A stretch of DNA of 64,000 bases from an uncultured Acidobacteriota bacterium (GCA_963842345.1 CAWJGD010000027.1:77383-141382), one strand, 5' to 3'. Counted from the first letter of the stretch, positions 53,368 to 62,494 are shown. A program made the numbers and translations. The notes: generated by a model from the letters alone, not told the origin.

Positions 53368-54200
53368 TGGTCAACTTTTCCGCAATGCTGAAAGAGGCCC
53401 GGCGCGGCGGGTATGCCGTCGGCTCTTTCAACGTCTACAACTACGAAACGATTCGTGGAGTCATCGAGGCGGGGCAGGAACTCGGATATCCCACGATTGT
53501 CGCTTTCGGCGAAGCCTATTTGCCGAACATGGGACTTGACGAGGTGTTCGGCGTGGTCAGCGCCATGGCCCGGAGGGTCGAAATCCCGCTGGTTCTCCAT
53601 CTGGACCATTGCAAATCCTTCGACAATATTGTCAAGGCGATCAGGGCCGGATTCACTTCGGTGATGTTTGACGGGTCGAGCCTGCCGTTTGAAAAGAACA
53701 TGGAAGCGACCGCCCAGGTGGTTGCCATGGCTCACGCGGCCGGCGTCAGCGTGGAAGCAGAGCTGGGAGCGCTGGCGGGCGGAGAGTTCTCCAACGAAGA
53801 ATCGGGTGAAGAGATTTACACCAACCCCGGGCAGGCCGGCCAGTTTGTGGCGCGCACCGGAATCGACGCCCTGGCGGTTTCCATCGGCACGGTTCACGGA
53901 ATGTATAAAGGCACACCGAAAATTGACGTGGGGGTGCTGAAGAAGATCGCGGCGGCGATTGATATTCCGCTGGTTTTGCACGGCGGCTCCGGCACGCCGG
54001 AAGAGATCGTCCGCGAGTGCATCCACAACGGCATCGCCAAGATTAACGTCAATACCGAAATCTCTTTCTATACGGTGGAAAAGGTGAAAGCCCTGCTGGA
54101 GTCGGGAAAGAGCTATCACCTGTCACAGTTGGCGCTGAAGGAAGTCGGATTCATCAAGGAAGTGGTGCACAAGTACGCGACGATGTTCCGTTCGGCATAA
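53364..54200 (+). CDS. Class II (ketose-bisphosphate) aldolase family protein, tagatose/fructose-bisphosphate aldolase-like
   Basis: ATG 53364 overlaps the preceding stop (ATGATG). Motifs are GYAVGSFNVYN, LHLDHC, VMFDGS, VEAELG and LVLHGGSG. Confidence 0.9.
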   Translation: MMVNFSAMLKEARRGGYAVGSFNVYNYETIRGVIEAGQELGYPTIVAFGEAYLPNMGLDEVFGVVSAMARRVEIPLVLHLDHCKSFDNIVKAIRAGFTSVMFDGSSLPFEKNMEATAQVVAMAHAAGVSVEAELGALAGGEFSNEESGEEIYTNPGQAGQFVARTGIDALAVSIGTVHGMYKGTPKIDVGVLKKIAAAIDIPLVLHGGSGTPEEIVRECIHNGIAKINVNTEISFYTVEKVKALLESGKSYHLSQLALKEVGFIKEVVHKYATMFRSA

Positions 54201-54233
54201 CCAATTTCGCAGGGCGAGGCGCGGAGAGAGAAG

Positions 54234-55745
54234 ATGGAGCACATCTTAGTCGTCGATGTCGGCACGTCCAGCCTGAAGGCGATGCTTTACGACCGGACCG
54301 GCAAGCTACTGAATCGCGCCTCGAAGGAGTATCACTCGGAATTCAGCGCGAACAACTATGTCGAGCAAAGCGCTTCCACCTGGAAGAGCGCGTTGCTCGC
54401 CAGCCTGAAGCAAACCGGCGAATTCCTGAACGCCAGAGGCATCGGCGTGGAGGCGATTGCGGTTACGTCGCAACGGGCGTCGGTGATCCCCATCGACGGC
54501 GACGGAGAGCCTTTGCACAGCGCCATCATGTGGCAGGACAAACGGAGCCGGCCGCAGTGCGCTGAATTGCTGCGGCAGATGGGTCTGCGGGATATCTATC
54601 TCCGCACGGGGCTGCGGGTGGACCCTTATTTTTCGGCTCCAAAAATGATGTGGCTGCGGCAGGAGCGTCCCGAGATTTATGCAGCGGCCGAGAAGTTAAT
54701 CGGAGTGCAGGATTACGTCGTCTATCTGCTGACGGGCGCGTACGTTACCGATTGGTCGCAGGCCTGCCGCACGCTGCTGATGAATATCAGCAACTTTTCC
54801 TGGGACAAGGACATGCTGGAGATCAGCGGCGTTTCCACGTCGAAACTGCCGGAACTTTGTGCGCCCGGTTCGGCCGCGGGCTCTCTGGACAGCGCAATGG
54901 CGAAGGCCACCGGACTGGTGCCGGGAATTCCGGTGATCGTCTGCGGCGGCGATCAGCAATGCGCGGCGCTGGCTTTGAACATTCTTCGCCCGGGCTATGC
55001 CGAGGCCAATACCGGGACCGGATCGTTCGTCATTGCCTACTCGGAAGCGCCGCAGTTCGACGACGAGTGCCGCACCCTCTGCAGCGCGGCAGCCGTGCCC
55101 GGCAAGTGGATTGCGGAAGCCGGGATCTTCAATACCGGCTCGGTTCACCGCTGGTTCAAAGAGCAGTTTTACCCCGAAGGCGAAGATGTCTACGTCCTGA
55201 TGAACAAAGAGGCCGCCGAATCTCCCGTGGGGGCCAACGGCGTGATGATGCTGTCGCACTTCGAGGGAAGCGCCGCTCCCTATTGGAACCCGCTGGCCAA
55301 GGGAATTTTCTTCAACCTGTCGCTGGGAACGCGGCGCAGCGACATGGTGAGGGCAATCCTCGAGGGCATAGCGCTGGAAATCGGCCATAACCTTTCGCTG
55401 ATCGAAAACCTGGTGAAGAATATCTCCATGGTCAGCGTCGCGGGCGGGCTGGTGGCATTCGATCTGTTTAATCAGATACAGGCGGACGCTTTCAACAAAA
55501 CGGTGATTCGTTACGACAACAGCGAAGCATCGTCGCTGGGGGCGGTGATGAGCGCCTCGGTCACGCTCGGCATCCATCGGGATCACGCGGCAGCTTTTCG
55601 GGCCGTGTGTTGCAGCGATCCGATTGTTTTTCAGCCCGATGAGATCAACGTTACGAAATACCGCGCGCTTTTGCAGCGAAAGAACGCGTTGTACCAGGCA
55701 CTCAACCAGAACAAAGTGTACGAATCATTCTGCCAGCCGGTGTGA
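54234..55745 (+). CDS. FGGY-family carbohydrate kinase
   Basis: ORF 54234..55745 has VVDVGTSSLKA, IMWQDKRS and GGDQQCAALA, plus the C-terminal FGGY_C-like VAGGL. Confidence 0.9.
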   Translation: MEHILVVDVGTSSLKAMLYDRTGKLLNRASKEYHSEFSANNYVEQSASTWKSALLASLKQTGEFLNARGIGVEAIAVTSQRASVIPIDGDGEPLHSAIMWQDKRSRPQCAELLRQMGLRDIYLRTGLRVDPYFSAPKMMWLRQERPEIYAAAEKLIGVQDYVVYLLTGAYVTDWSQACRTLLMNISNFSWDKDMLEISGVSTSKLPELCAPGSAAGSLDSAMAKATGLVPGIPVIVCGGDQQCAALALNILRPGYAEANTGTGSFVIAYSEAPQFDDECRTLCSAAAVPGKWIAEAGIFNTGSVHRWFKEQFYPEGEDVYVLMNKEAAESPVGANGVMMLSHFEGSAAPYWNPLAKGIFFNLSLGTRRSDMVRAILEGIALEIGHNLSLIENLVKNISMVSVAGGLVAFDLFNQIQADAFNKTVIRYDNSEASSLGAVMSASVTLGIHRDHAAAFRAVCCSDPIVFQPDEINVTKYRALLQRKNALYQALNQNKVYESFCQPV

Positions 55746-55784
55746 GCGCCGTTGGAGCGCCACCCGAAGAAACTACCCCACGTC

Positions 55785-55826
55785 AGTCCCAAAAGCGGGA
55801 CGGGACGTGGGCCACCCGGCAGACGT
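55785..55826. repeat. Repeat family B hairpin
   Basis: CCCCACGTCAGTCCCAAAAGCGGGACGGGACGTGGGCCACCC. Confidence 0.8.
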
Positions 55827-55862
55827 GGATAATAGTTACACGAGCTGAGGAAGCGGAAGCCG

Positions 55863-57395
55863 ATGCCAACGCCGAACACTGTCGCGGCTGACTGCGTGCC
55901 GACACTGGCTGAAGCGCTGGGGATCGCCGCTTTCGGTCCAGCAACCGGGGACGTTCTCGCGGAGTCCCAGGGCTGTGAAGTGGTGGCGTTCACCGGCAGC
56001 GGTGGTAAGACTACGGCTATGTTCCGGCTGGCCGCCGAGCTGGTTGCACGCGGGGCACGCGTGCTGATCACGACCACAACTCACATCTATCCCCCGGATT
56101 CGCAACAGTTCCCCGCCACGGTCATCCCCGTGGTCATGGAAGACTCGCTGGAAACCCTTGTGCGCAGCGCACGGAGTGCCCTGGATCGGGGGCAACCCGC
56201 AGTGATCCTCGCGCGAGGGTTGGGGACAGACGGCAAACTTGTGGGCATCGATCCCGGATGGATAGAGCAACTGCCGAAGCGACTCCACGTCACCCACCTG
56301 CTGGTTGAGGCCGACGGCTCGCGGGGGCGGCCGTTCAAGGCTCCGGCGGAGCACGAGCCGGTGATACCGCCGTCCGCAGACTTGGTGGTGGCCGTGGTTG
56401 GACTTTCGGTGATCGGCCAGCCGCTATCGGAGGAGTTTGTGCACCGTCCCGAGCGCGTGGCGGACTTGGCGGGATGCCAGTTGGGCGACAGAGTCAGCCC
56501 GGCGTTGGTTGCCGGCGTGCTGCGGCATCCGGAGGGAAGCACGCGCGGAACGCCGGCCGGCGCCAGGGTGGTGGCACTGCTCAACCAGGCCGACGACGCA
56601 AGCCGCTTCGAGTCCGGTTGCGAGGTCGCCCGCGAGTTGATGGAGCGCGGCGCGGAACGGGTGGTCATCGCGGCTTTGCGCGAGGCGATGCCGATTCGCC
56701 GGGTGATCACCGGAAGCGCTCATGACGGCGCTTCCAGCGCGACGAGGGTTTCCGCCATCGTGCTGGCCGCCGGTGAAGGACGCCGTATGAGGTCGCTCAC
56801 GGCACCCCAGCGAGCCAAAGGCAGGCTTGCCGGGGACCCCGCGCTCAAGCTGGCCCTGCGGCTTGGCGGAAAAAGTCTCTTGCGCCATGTGGTAGAGGCC
56901 GCACTGGCGTCGCCGGTGGACGAGGTTGTGGTTGTGCTTGGACACGGCGCGGCGGAATTGGAGCTAGAGCTGCCACGCGATCCCCGGGTCCGCACCGCCT
57001 TCAATCCGGACTACGCCACAGGCCAAAGTTCGTCGGTCAAGGCAGGGATCAACGTGCTCGCTCCCCAGGCGCAGGCGGCGGTATTTCTGCTCGGCGACCA
57101 GCCGTTGGTCAGTTCGCGGGCCATCGCGGCCCTCGTCGGTGCCTTCCGCAGCGGCGGCAGCGCGGTGGTGCGGCCACGGTACCGAGGGACTCCGGGAAAT
57201 CCTGTGCTTTTCTCGCGGGCGCTATTCGCGGAGCTGTTGCAGGTTACGGGCGATCAGGGAGGACGGGAGCTGCTAGCTCGCCATCAGGCTGAGGTTGCAA
57301 TGGTGGATCTGAATCTGGAGTCGCCAGTCGACATTGACACCAAAAAAGATTACTCCCAACTTGTAAGAAACCTTCCCGATTTGGAAAAGCTGTGA
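55863..57395 (+). CDS. Fusion protein: YqeC-family selenium-dependent hydroxylase accessory domain + MocA-like molybdenum cofactor cytidylyltransferase domain
   Basis: ORF 55863..57395. The N-half has a P-loop (FTGSGGKTT) and VEADGSRGRPFKAPAEHEPVIP, as in YqeC (TIGR03172-like). The C-half has IVLAAGEGRRM...LGGKSLL...VVVVLGH...FLLGDQP, as in MobA/MocA NTP transferases. Confidence 0.8.
   Translation: MPTPNTVAADCVPTLAEALGIAAFGPATGDVLAESQGCEVVAFTGSGGKTTAMFRLAAELVARGARVLITTTTHIYPPDSQQFPATVIPVVMEDSLETLVRSARSALDRGQPAVILARGLGTDGKLVGIDPGWIEQLPKRLHVTHLLVEADGSRGRPFKAPAEHEPVIPPSADLVVAVVGLSVIGQPLSEEFVHRPERVADLAGCQLGDRVSPALVAGVLRHPEGSTRGTPAGARVVALLNQADDASRFESGCEVARELMERGAERVVIAALREAMPIRRVITGSAHDGASSATRVSAIVLAAGEGRRMRSLTAPQRAKGRLAGDPALKLALRLGGKSLLRHVVEAALASPVDEVVVVLGHGAAELELELPRDPRVRTAFNPDYATGQSSSVKAGINVLAPQAQAAVFLLGDQPLVSSRAIAALVGAFRSGGSAVVRPRYRGTPGNPVLFSRALFAELLQVTGDQGGRELLARHQAEVAMVDLNLESPVDIDTKKDYSQLVRNLPDLEKL
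56796..56843. repeat. Family D-like 48-nt element lying in frame inside the MocA-domain coding sequence
   Basis: CACCCCAGCGAGC...GCCGGGGACCCCG shares both 13-nt arms with intergenic copies at 48485..48517 and 36951..36986 (reverse complement). Confidence 0.7.
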
Positions 57396-58327
57396 GAAAA
57401 TCCCGGCACCGAGTTATTAGAAGAGCTGAGAATCCGTGTCCGAGACGTACGGATTCTTCCGCTTCCAGTTCGGTTGAGCGAAGGATTGGGCCCGTGTTTG
57501 AAGACGCAGTTGTGGTGATTAAAGGTGCGGGAGACTTGGCCAGTGGAGTGATTCTGCGGCTTCATCGCGCGGGGCTCCGGCTGGTTGTGACCGAGATTGA
57601 ACAGCCGACTACGGTGCGGCGGACGGTAGCTTTTTCCGAGGCGATCTACTGCGGAGAAGTCGAAGTCGAGGGAGTGCGCGCGCGCAAGATTAAAGATAGC
57701 AATGAAATTCCGCGAGCGTGGAGCGAGGGTGTGGTGCCTGTACTGGTCGATCCGTGGGCCGAGATCGTGCCACGGCTTCGTCCAGCGGCGGTGGTTGACG
57801 CCATTCTCGCCAAGCGCAACCTTGGGACACGGATCTCGGATGCGGATGTCGTGATTGGTCTCGGACCGGGCTTCGAGGCGGGAGTCGATGTCCACGCGGT
57901 GGTGGAAACCAACCGTGGCCATCAGCTTGGCCGGGTTTTATGGCATGGCTTCGCCGAACCGGATACGGGTGTGCCTGGCGAAATCGCGGGCCATGGCCTG
58001 CAACGGCTGCTGCGGGCTCCATCGGCGGGATTGTTTCGGGGCGAGAGAGCGATTGGGGATCGGGTTGAAGCCGGCGAGGTGGTCTGTTGGATCGACCAGA
58101 CGCCGGTAAAGGCCGGCATTGCGGGCGTGCTGCGCGGACTGCTGCATGACGGCTTGTGCGTTTATCCGGGAATGAAGATTGGCGACATCGATCCGAGGGC
58201 TGCTCGCGAACATTGCTTCACTGTGTCGGATAAGTCGCTGGCGATCGCAGGAGGAGTCCTGGAGGCAGTGCTTTACCTTTTGCGCGGGCAATGCCGCGCG
58301 TTTGCCCAGAGCGCTTCCGTCCGATAG
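57392..58327 (+). CDS. YqeB-family selenium-dependent molybdenum hydroxylase system protein
   Basis: ORF 57392..58327 overlaps the upstream stop (GTGA). The pattern VVIKGAGDLASGV...RRTVAFSEAIY...VVDAILAKRNLGT...ETNRGHQLGRV...GVLRGLL...G.KIGDIDPR matches the YqeB C-terminal family (TIGR03309-like). The start may instead be GTG 57494. Confidence 0.75.
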   Translation: MRKSRHRVIRRAENPCPRRTDSSASSSVERRIGPVFEDAVVVIKGAGDLASGVILRLHRAGLRLVVTEIEQPTTVRRTVAFSEAIYCGEVEVEGVRARKIKDSNEIPRAWSEGVVPVLVDPWAEIVPRLRPAAVVDAILAKRNLGTRISDADVVIGLGPGFEAGVDVHAVVETNRGHQLGRVLWHGFAEPDTGVPGEIAGHGLQRLLRAPSAGLFRGERAIGDRVEAGEVVCWIDQTPVKAGIAGVLRGLLHDGLCVYPGMKIGDIDPRAAREHCFTVSDKSLAIAGGVLEAVLYLLRGQCRAFAQSASVR

Positions 58328-58483
58328 TGGCGGGCGTTGGCGGTGGAGCGCAGGAATCGCCGCGAATGGAACGTAGGGCTCAAAAGTCCGGAGATTCTGC
58401 TTGACAAACGCGAGCAGCGACGGCACGCTGCGAAGGGTCGATCCAGGGCACAAAAAGGGTGATGAGGACGGAAGGGGGAAACT

Positions 58484-59122
58484 ATGGAAAAAGAACGAGA
58501 CGTGTCAACTTCTGGTGAGGAGCAGGAAACAGGTAAGCTCCGCGTCTCGCGTCGTGGCTTCCTGAAGGGGATGGGGGTCAGCACCGCGGCGGCGGCCATG
58601 GCGACGGCGATGGTGCCCCAACTGGAAGCGGAGACGGCTCCCCTGGTGAAGGGGATTCGCGAGGCGGTAATCGTAACCGAGATTAACGGCAAGAAGTATC
58701 GTCTGGCGGTCAAATCGCACTGGACGCTGCTCGACGTGTTGCGACGGGAACTTGGCCTGACCGGCACGAAGAAGACCTGTGACCGCTCCAGTTGCGGAGC
58801 CTGCACGGTCCTCATGGACGGCAAGGCCGTCTATGCCTGTACTCAATTGGCCATCGAGGCGGACAAGCGCAAGATCACCACGATCGAGGCGTTGTCCGAG
58901 GGAGAAACGCCGCATCCGATTCAGGCGGCCTTCATACGGGAGGACGCATATCAGTGCGGTTTCTGCACGCCAGGCCAGATCATGTCGACGAAGGCGTTGC
59001 TCGACTCCAACCCGCGGGCGAGCCTGGCCGAGATAAAAGAAGCCCTTTCGGGAAACATCTGCCGATGCAGCGCCTACCCCAAGATCACCAAAGCGGTGTT
59101 ATCGCTGGCGCGGAAGGCATAG
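58484..59122 (+). CDS. Molybdenum hydroxylase small subunit, 2x[2Fe-2S], with twin-arginine signal peptide (PaoA-like)
   Basis: ORF 58484..59122 has a strong SD and the Tat motif SRRGFLKGMGVSTAAAAMA. Cluster motifs are CDRSSCGACTV and CGFCTPG...CRCSAY. Confidence 0.9.
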   Translation: MEKERDVSTSGEEQETGKLRVSRRGFLKGMGVSTAAAAMATAMVPQLEAETAPLVKGIREAVIVTEINGKKYRLAVKSHWTLLDVLRRELGLTGTKKTCDRSSCGACTVLMDGKAVYACTQLAIEADKRKITTIEALSEGETPHPIQAAFIREDAYQCGFCTPGQIMSTKALLDSNPRASLAEIKEALSGNICRCSAYPKITKAVLSLARKA

Positions 59123-59137
59123 GGGGAGGGAGATACT

Positions 59138-61366
59138 ATGAGCTCGGAATTTAGAGTTATCGGAAAGCCTCAACCAAAGATGGACGGGTTTGAAAAAGTA
59201 ACCGGACGGGCGAAGTATGCCACGGATTTCTCCCTTCCCGGCATGCTCTGCGTGAAGGTCTTGAGAAGCCCGTACCCGCATGCGCGGGTTGTCAACATCG
59301 ATGCCTCGAAAGCCCTGGCATTGCCGGGCGTAAAGGCGGTGCTTACCCACAAGGATATCGCGGCGTATCCCCGCTGGAATCCCGTTTACCCAATCCTCAC
59401 GGATGTCGCCCGCTTCGTTGGCGATGACATTGCTTTGGTAGCCGCGGTGGATGAGGAGACGGCTGTGGAAGCGCTGGCCTTGATCAAGGTCGACTACCAG
59501 GTTCTTCCCTTTGTGCTGGATCCGGAAGAAGCGCTGAAGCCGAGCGCCCCCAAGTTATTTCCGGAGGGCAACCTGGTCGGTGGTAAGCCGACGGTGGTCA
59601 GCAGGGGGGACGTGGCGAAAGGTTTTGCCGAGGCCGATCTGGTCTACGAAGCACGCTATCGGACTCCCATCAATCAGCACGCGACCATGGAGGCCAGGGC
59701 CGCGATTGCCCAGTGGGAAGGCGGCAGGTTGACCATCTGGGATTCCACCCAGGCTCCGTTCGAAGTGCAGAAAGCAGTCGCCAAAGCGCTCAAGATCCCG
59801 CAGAGCAAAGTGCATGTGATCTGCGAGTTTATGGGAGGCGGCTTCGGCGACAAATCCTCCCCGGGACGGCAAAGTGTTCAGGCCGCCATCGTCGCCCGGA
59901 AGACGGGCCGCCCGGCAAGAATCGAGTTAGAAAGAGAGGAATGCTATCTTGAGGGCCTGCACCGCTATGCGGCCATCATTGACCTGAAGTACGGGGTGAA
60001 GAAGGACGGCACGCTTACTGCTATCGAGGCGAAAGTTGTCGCAGATGGTGGAGCTTATGCTGTCTTTGGGCTCGCCGCACTCGGGGTACTGCAAATTCCG
60101 ATGGATGTTTACCGTTGCCCGAATATGAAAGGCGAGGGCTATACGGTGAATACGAACAACCCGGCAACCGGCCCCATGCGCTGTGTCGGGCATCCCCAGG
60201 GAACGTTTGCCCAGGAAGTCCACATGGACATCATCGCCGAGAAGCTGGGGATGGACCCGGTGGAATTGCGCTTGAAAAATTATGCGCGGCTGGAAGATGG
60301 CGACCAGTTCAGGAAGATTCCTTTCACCAGCAACGGCATGGAAGAGTGCATCAAGCGTGGCGCGGAAACCTTCCAGTGGAAAGAGAAGATGCAGAAGGCG
60401 GCCGCCCAGGCTGGTCCGGTCAAGAAGGGTTTTGGCGTATCGGTTCACGCATGCCGCCATGGCGGCATGCCTCCGGGAATGCCTTTGTCAGGCATGGTGC
60501 GGATCAACGCCGATGGCACATTGAATGTGTTCACCGGCGCAACCGAGCTTGGATGCGGGCAGAAAACCACCATGGCGATGATCGCCGCCGAAGAGTTCGG
60601 GATGTTGTTGAACGATGTGTACGTCACTACGGGCGATACCGACAAGACGACGGACACAGGCAGCACTTCCGGGAGTCGCCAGACAATCACCGGCGGAACC
60701 GGCGTGAAGATGGCGGCGGCGGACGCCAAGAACCAATTGCTTGACGTGGCGGCTGCCGAGCTGAAGACGGACAAGAAGAACCTGAGCATTCGGGACAGCA
60801 TGGTCTATGTGGCGGGCTCCGACAAAGGTGTTCCGCTGGATCAGATTGCGGCAAAAATGCCGGGCGGGGTCATTCACGGCCGCGGCTACATGAAGATTCC
60901 CACGGATGTTTTTTTCCATGGGTTCGCGGCGCAGTTTGCCGAGGTGGAAGTGGACACCCGCAACGGCCATGTCAAAGTTCTCAAGATCGTGGCGGCTCAC
61001 GATCTCGGTCGGGTCATCAACCCACTGACGGCCGAGAGCCAGATCGAGGGAGGCGTGATTCAGGGAATGGCCTTTGGCTTGTCTGAAGATCAGATCTACG
61101 ACAAAGCCACCGGCATTTGCGTGAACCCGAATCATCTCAATTACAAGCTGATGACGATGAAGGATGTGCCGGAGATCGTGCCGATCATGGTGGAGTCGAT
61201 CGATAAACTAGGCCCGTTCGGGGCGAAGGGTATTGGGGAACCACCCTACAGCCCGCCCGCACCGGCCATAGCGAATGCGATCTACAACGCGATCGGCGTC
61301 CGCTTCTCGGAACTTCCGATCACCAACCGTGCGATCCTCATGGGCCTGAAGGCGAAAAAGGGCTAG
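59138..61366 (+). CDS. Molybdenum hydroxylase large (molybdopterin-binding) subunit, xanthine dehydrogenase / aldehyde oxidoreductase family
   Basis: ORF 59138..61366 (742 aa) has the KVTGRAKYATD start and GGGFGDK, then a C-terminal GAKGIGEPP motif. Confidence 0.9.
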   Translation: MSSEFRVIGKPQPKMDGFEKVTGRAKYATDFSLPGMLCVKVLRSPYPHARVVNIDASKALALPGVKAVLTHKDIAAYPRWNPVYPILTDVARFVGDDIALVAAVDEETAVEALALIKVDYQVLPFVLDPEEALKPSAPKLFPEGNLVGGKPTVVSRGDVAKGFAEADLVYEARYRTPINQHATMEARAAIAQWEGGRLTIWDSTQAPFEVQKAVAKALKIPQSKVHVICEFMGGGFGDKSSPGRQSVQAAIVARKTGRPARIELEREECYLEGLHRYAAIIDLKYGVKKDGTLTAIEAKVVADGGAYAVFGLAALGVLQIPMDVYRCPNMKGEGYTVNTNNPATGPMRCVGHPQGTFAQEVHMDIIAEKLGMDPVELRLKNYARLEDGDQFRKIPFTSNGMEECIKRGAETFQWKEKMQKAAAQAGPVKKGFGVSVHACRHGGMPPGMPLSGMVRINADGTLNVFTGATELGCGQKTTMAMIAAEEFGMLLNDVYVTTGDTDKTTDTGSTSGSRQTITGGTGVKMAAADAKNQLLDVAAAELKTDKKNLSIRDSMVYVAGSDKGVPLDQIAAKMPGGVIHGRGYMKIPTDVFFHGFAAQFAEVEVDTRNGHVKVLKIVAAHDLGRVINPLTAESQIEGGVIQGMAFGLSEDQIYDKATGICVNPNHLNYKLMTMKDVPEIVPIMVESIDKLGPFGAKGIGEPPYSPPAPAIANAIYNAIGVRFSELPITNRAILMGLKAKKG

Positions 61367-61383
61367 GGTGAAGGAGATAAACG

Positions 61384-62373
61384 ATGAAACCATTCGATTA
61401 CTATCGAGTCACCACGGTCGGGCAGGCTGTAGCCCTTTTGACGAAGTATCAAGAGAAGGCTGCCATTCTCGCCGGCGGAAGCGACCTGCTGGGCTTGATC
61501 AAAGACGGCATTGAAGGCCCGGCGCTGAAAACACCGAAGCACTTGATCGATATCAAGGGGATCAAGGACTTCGCCTACATCAAGGAGCAGAAGACCGGCC
61601 TGAGGATTGGCGCCGGGACCACGCTCAGCGAGATCATCCACTCCGATCTTATCGAGAGCAAGTATCCGCTCGTGGCGCAGGCGGCCAAGCAGGTGGCGGT
61701 TCCGCAGATCAGGAATGTAGCCACCCTTGGCGGCAACCTGTGCCAGCGGCCGCGCTGCTGGTACTTCCGGGGAAAGCTTTTCTCGGACTGCATTCGCAAG
61801 GGCGGCGCAAACTGCTACGGCAAGGATGGAGAGAACCAGTACCATGCCATCATGGGAGGCGACATCTGCTGCATGGCTTACCCCTCGGACATGGCTCCGG
61901 CACTGATTGCGCTCGACGCCAAGGCCGAGATCGCGGGCCCGAAAGGGACGAGAATCATTCCCTTGGAGAAGTTCTACATCTCCCCCGAGCAAGCCCTGAC
62001 GAAGGAAAACGTGCTTTCCCCGCAGGAAATGCTGGTGGCGGTAGAGATTCCGGCTGCTTCGCAGGGCAGGAAGGGCGTCTACCTGAAGCTAAAGGAAAGA
62101 CAGGCCTTCGACTTCGCGGTGGTCAGCGTTGCGGTAAGTGTAGCGCTGAAGGGATCCACGGTTACGGACTCGCGGGTGGTTTTTGGCGGCCTGGCGCCGT
62201 TCCCCACCAGGAGCATGAAAGCAGAGAGCGCCCTGAAAGGCAAGGACCTGAAGAGCGCTGTCAGCGCGGCCTGTGTCGCCTCGGTTCAAGGCGCACAACC
62301 GTTGAGCAAGAATGCTTACAAGATCGAAGCGACCAAGGGAGTACTGGAAGAAGCGCTGAACCTGTTAGCCTGA
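61384..62373 (+). CDS. Molybdenum hydroxylase FAD-binding medium subunit (CoxM/PaoB-like)
   Basis: ORF 61384..62373 has ILAGGSDLL, RNVATLGGNLCQRPRCWYFR (a 4-Cys stretch as in PaoB-type subunits) and a CO_deh_flav_C-like tail. Confidence 0.9.
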   Translation: MKPFDYYRVTTVGQAVALLTKYQEKAAILAGGSDLLGLIKDGIEGPALKTPKHLIDIKGIKDFAYIKEQKTGLRIGAGTTLSEIIHSDLIESKYPLVAQAAKQVAVPQIRNVATLGGNLCQRPRCWYFRGKLFSDCIRKGGANCYGKDGENQYHAIMGGDICCMAYPSDMAPALIALDAKAEIAGPKGTRIIPLEKFYISPEQALTKENVLSPQEMLVAVEIPAASQGRKGVYLKLKERQAFDFAVVSVAVSVALKGSTVTDSRVVFGGLAPFPTRSMKAESALKGKDLKSAVSAACVASVQGAQPLSKNAYKIEATKGVLEEALNLLA

Positions 62374-62494
62374 CGCCTGGTTGCGGGTGGTGGGGCTATC
62401 TAAACGAAGCACTATGTGTGCCTCGCAGAGCTGCAGCGCAATCGTTTGTATGCTCACATCAGAGCAAGCCTGTTTTTCAGTAGCCTGCTGAGCG

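Noticed and set aside
58328-58483. Moco riboswitch in the leader of the molybdenum hydroxylase genes.
   Set aside because: I could not recognise the conserved Moco-motif elements by eye. The region only shows a strong Shine-Dalgarno sequence. This needs cmscan to exclude formally.
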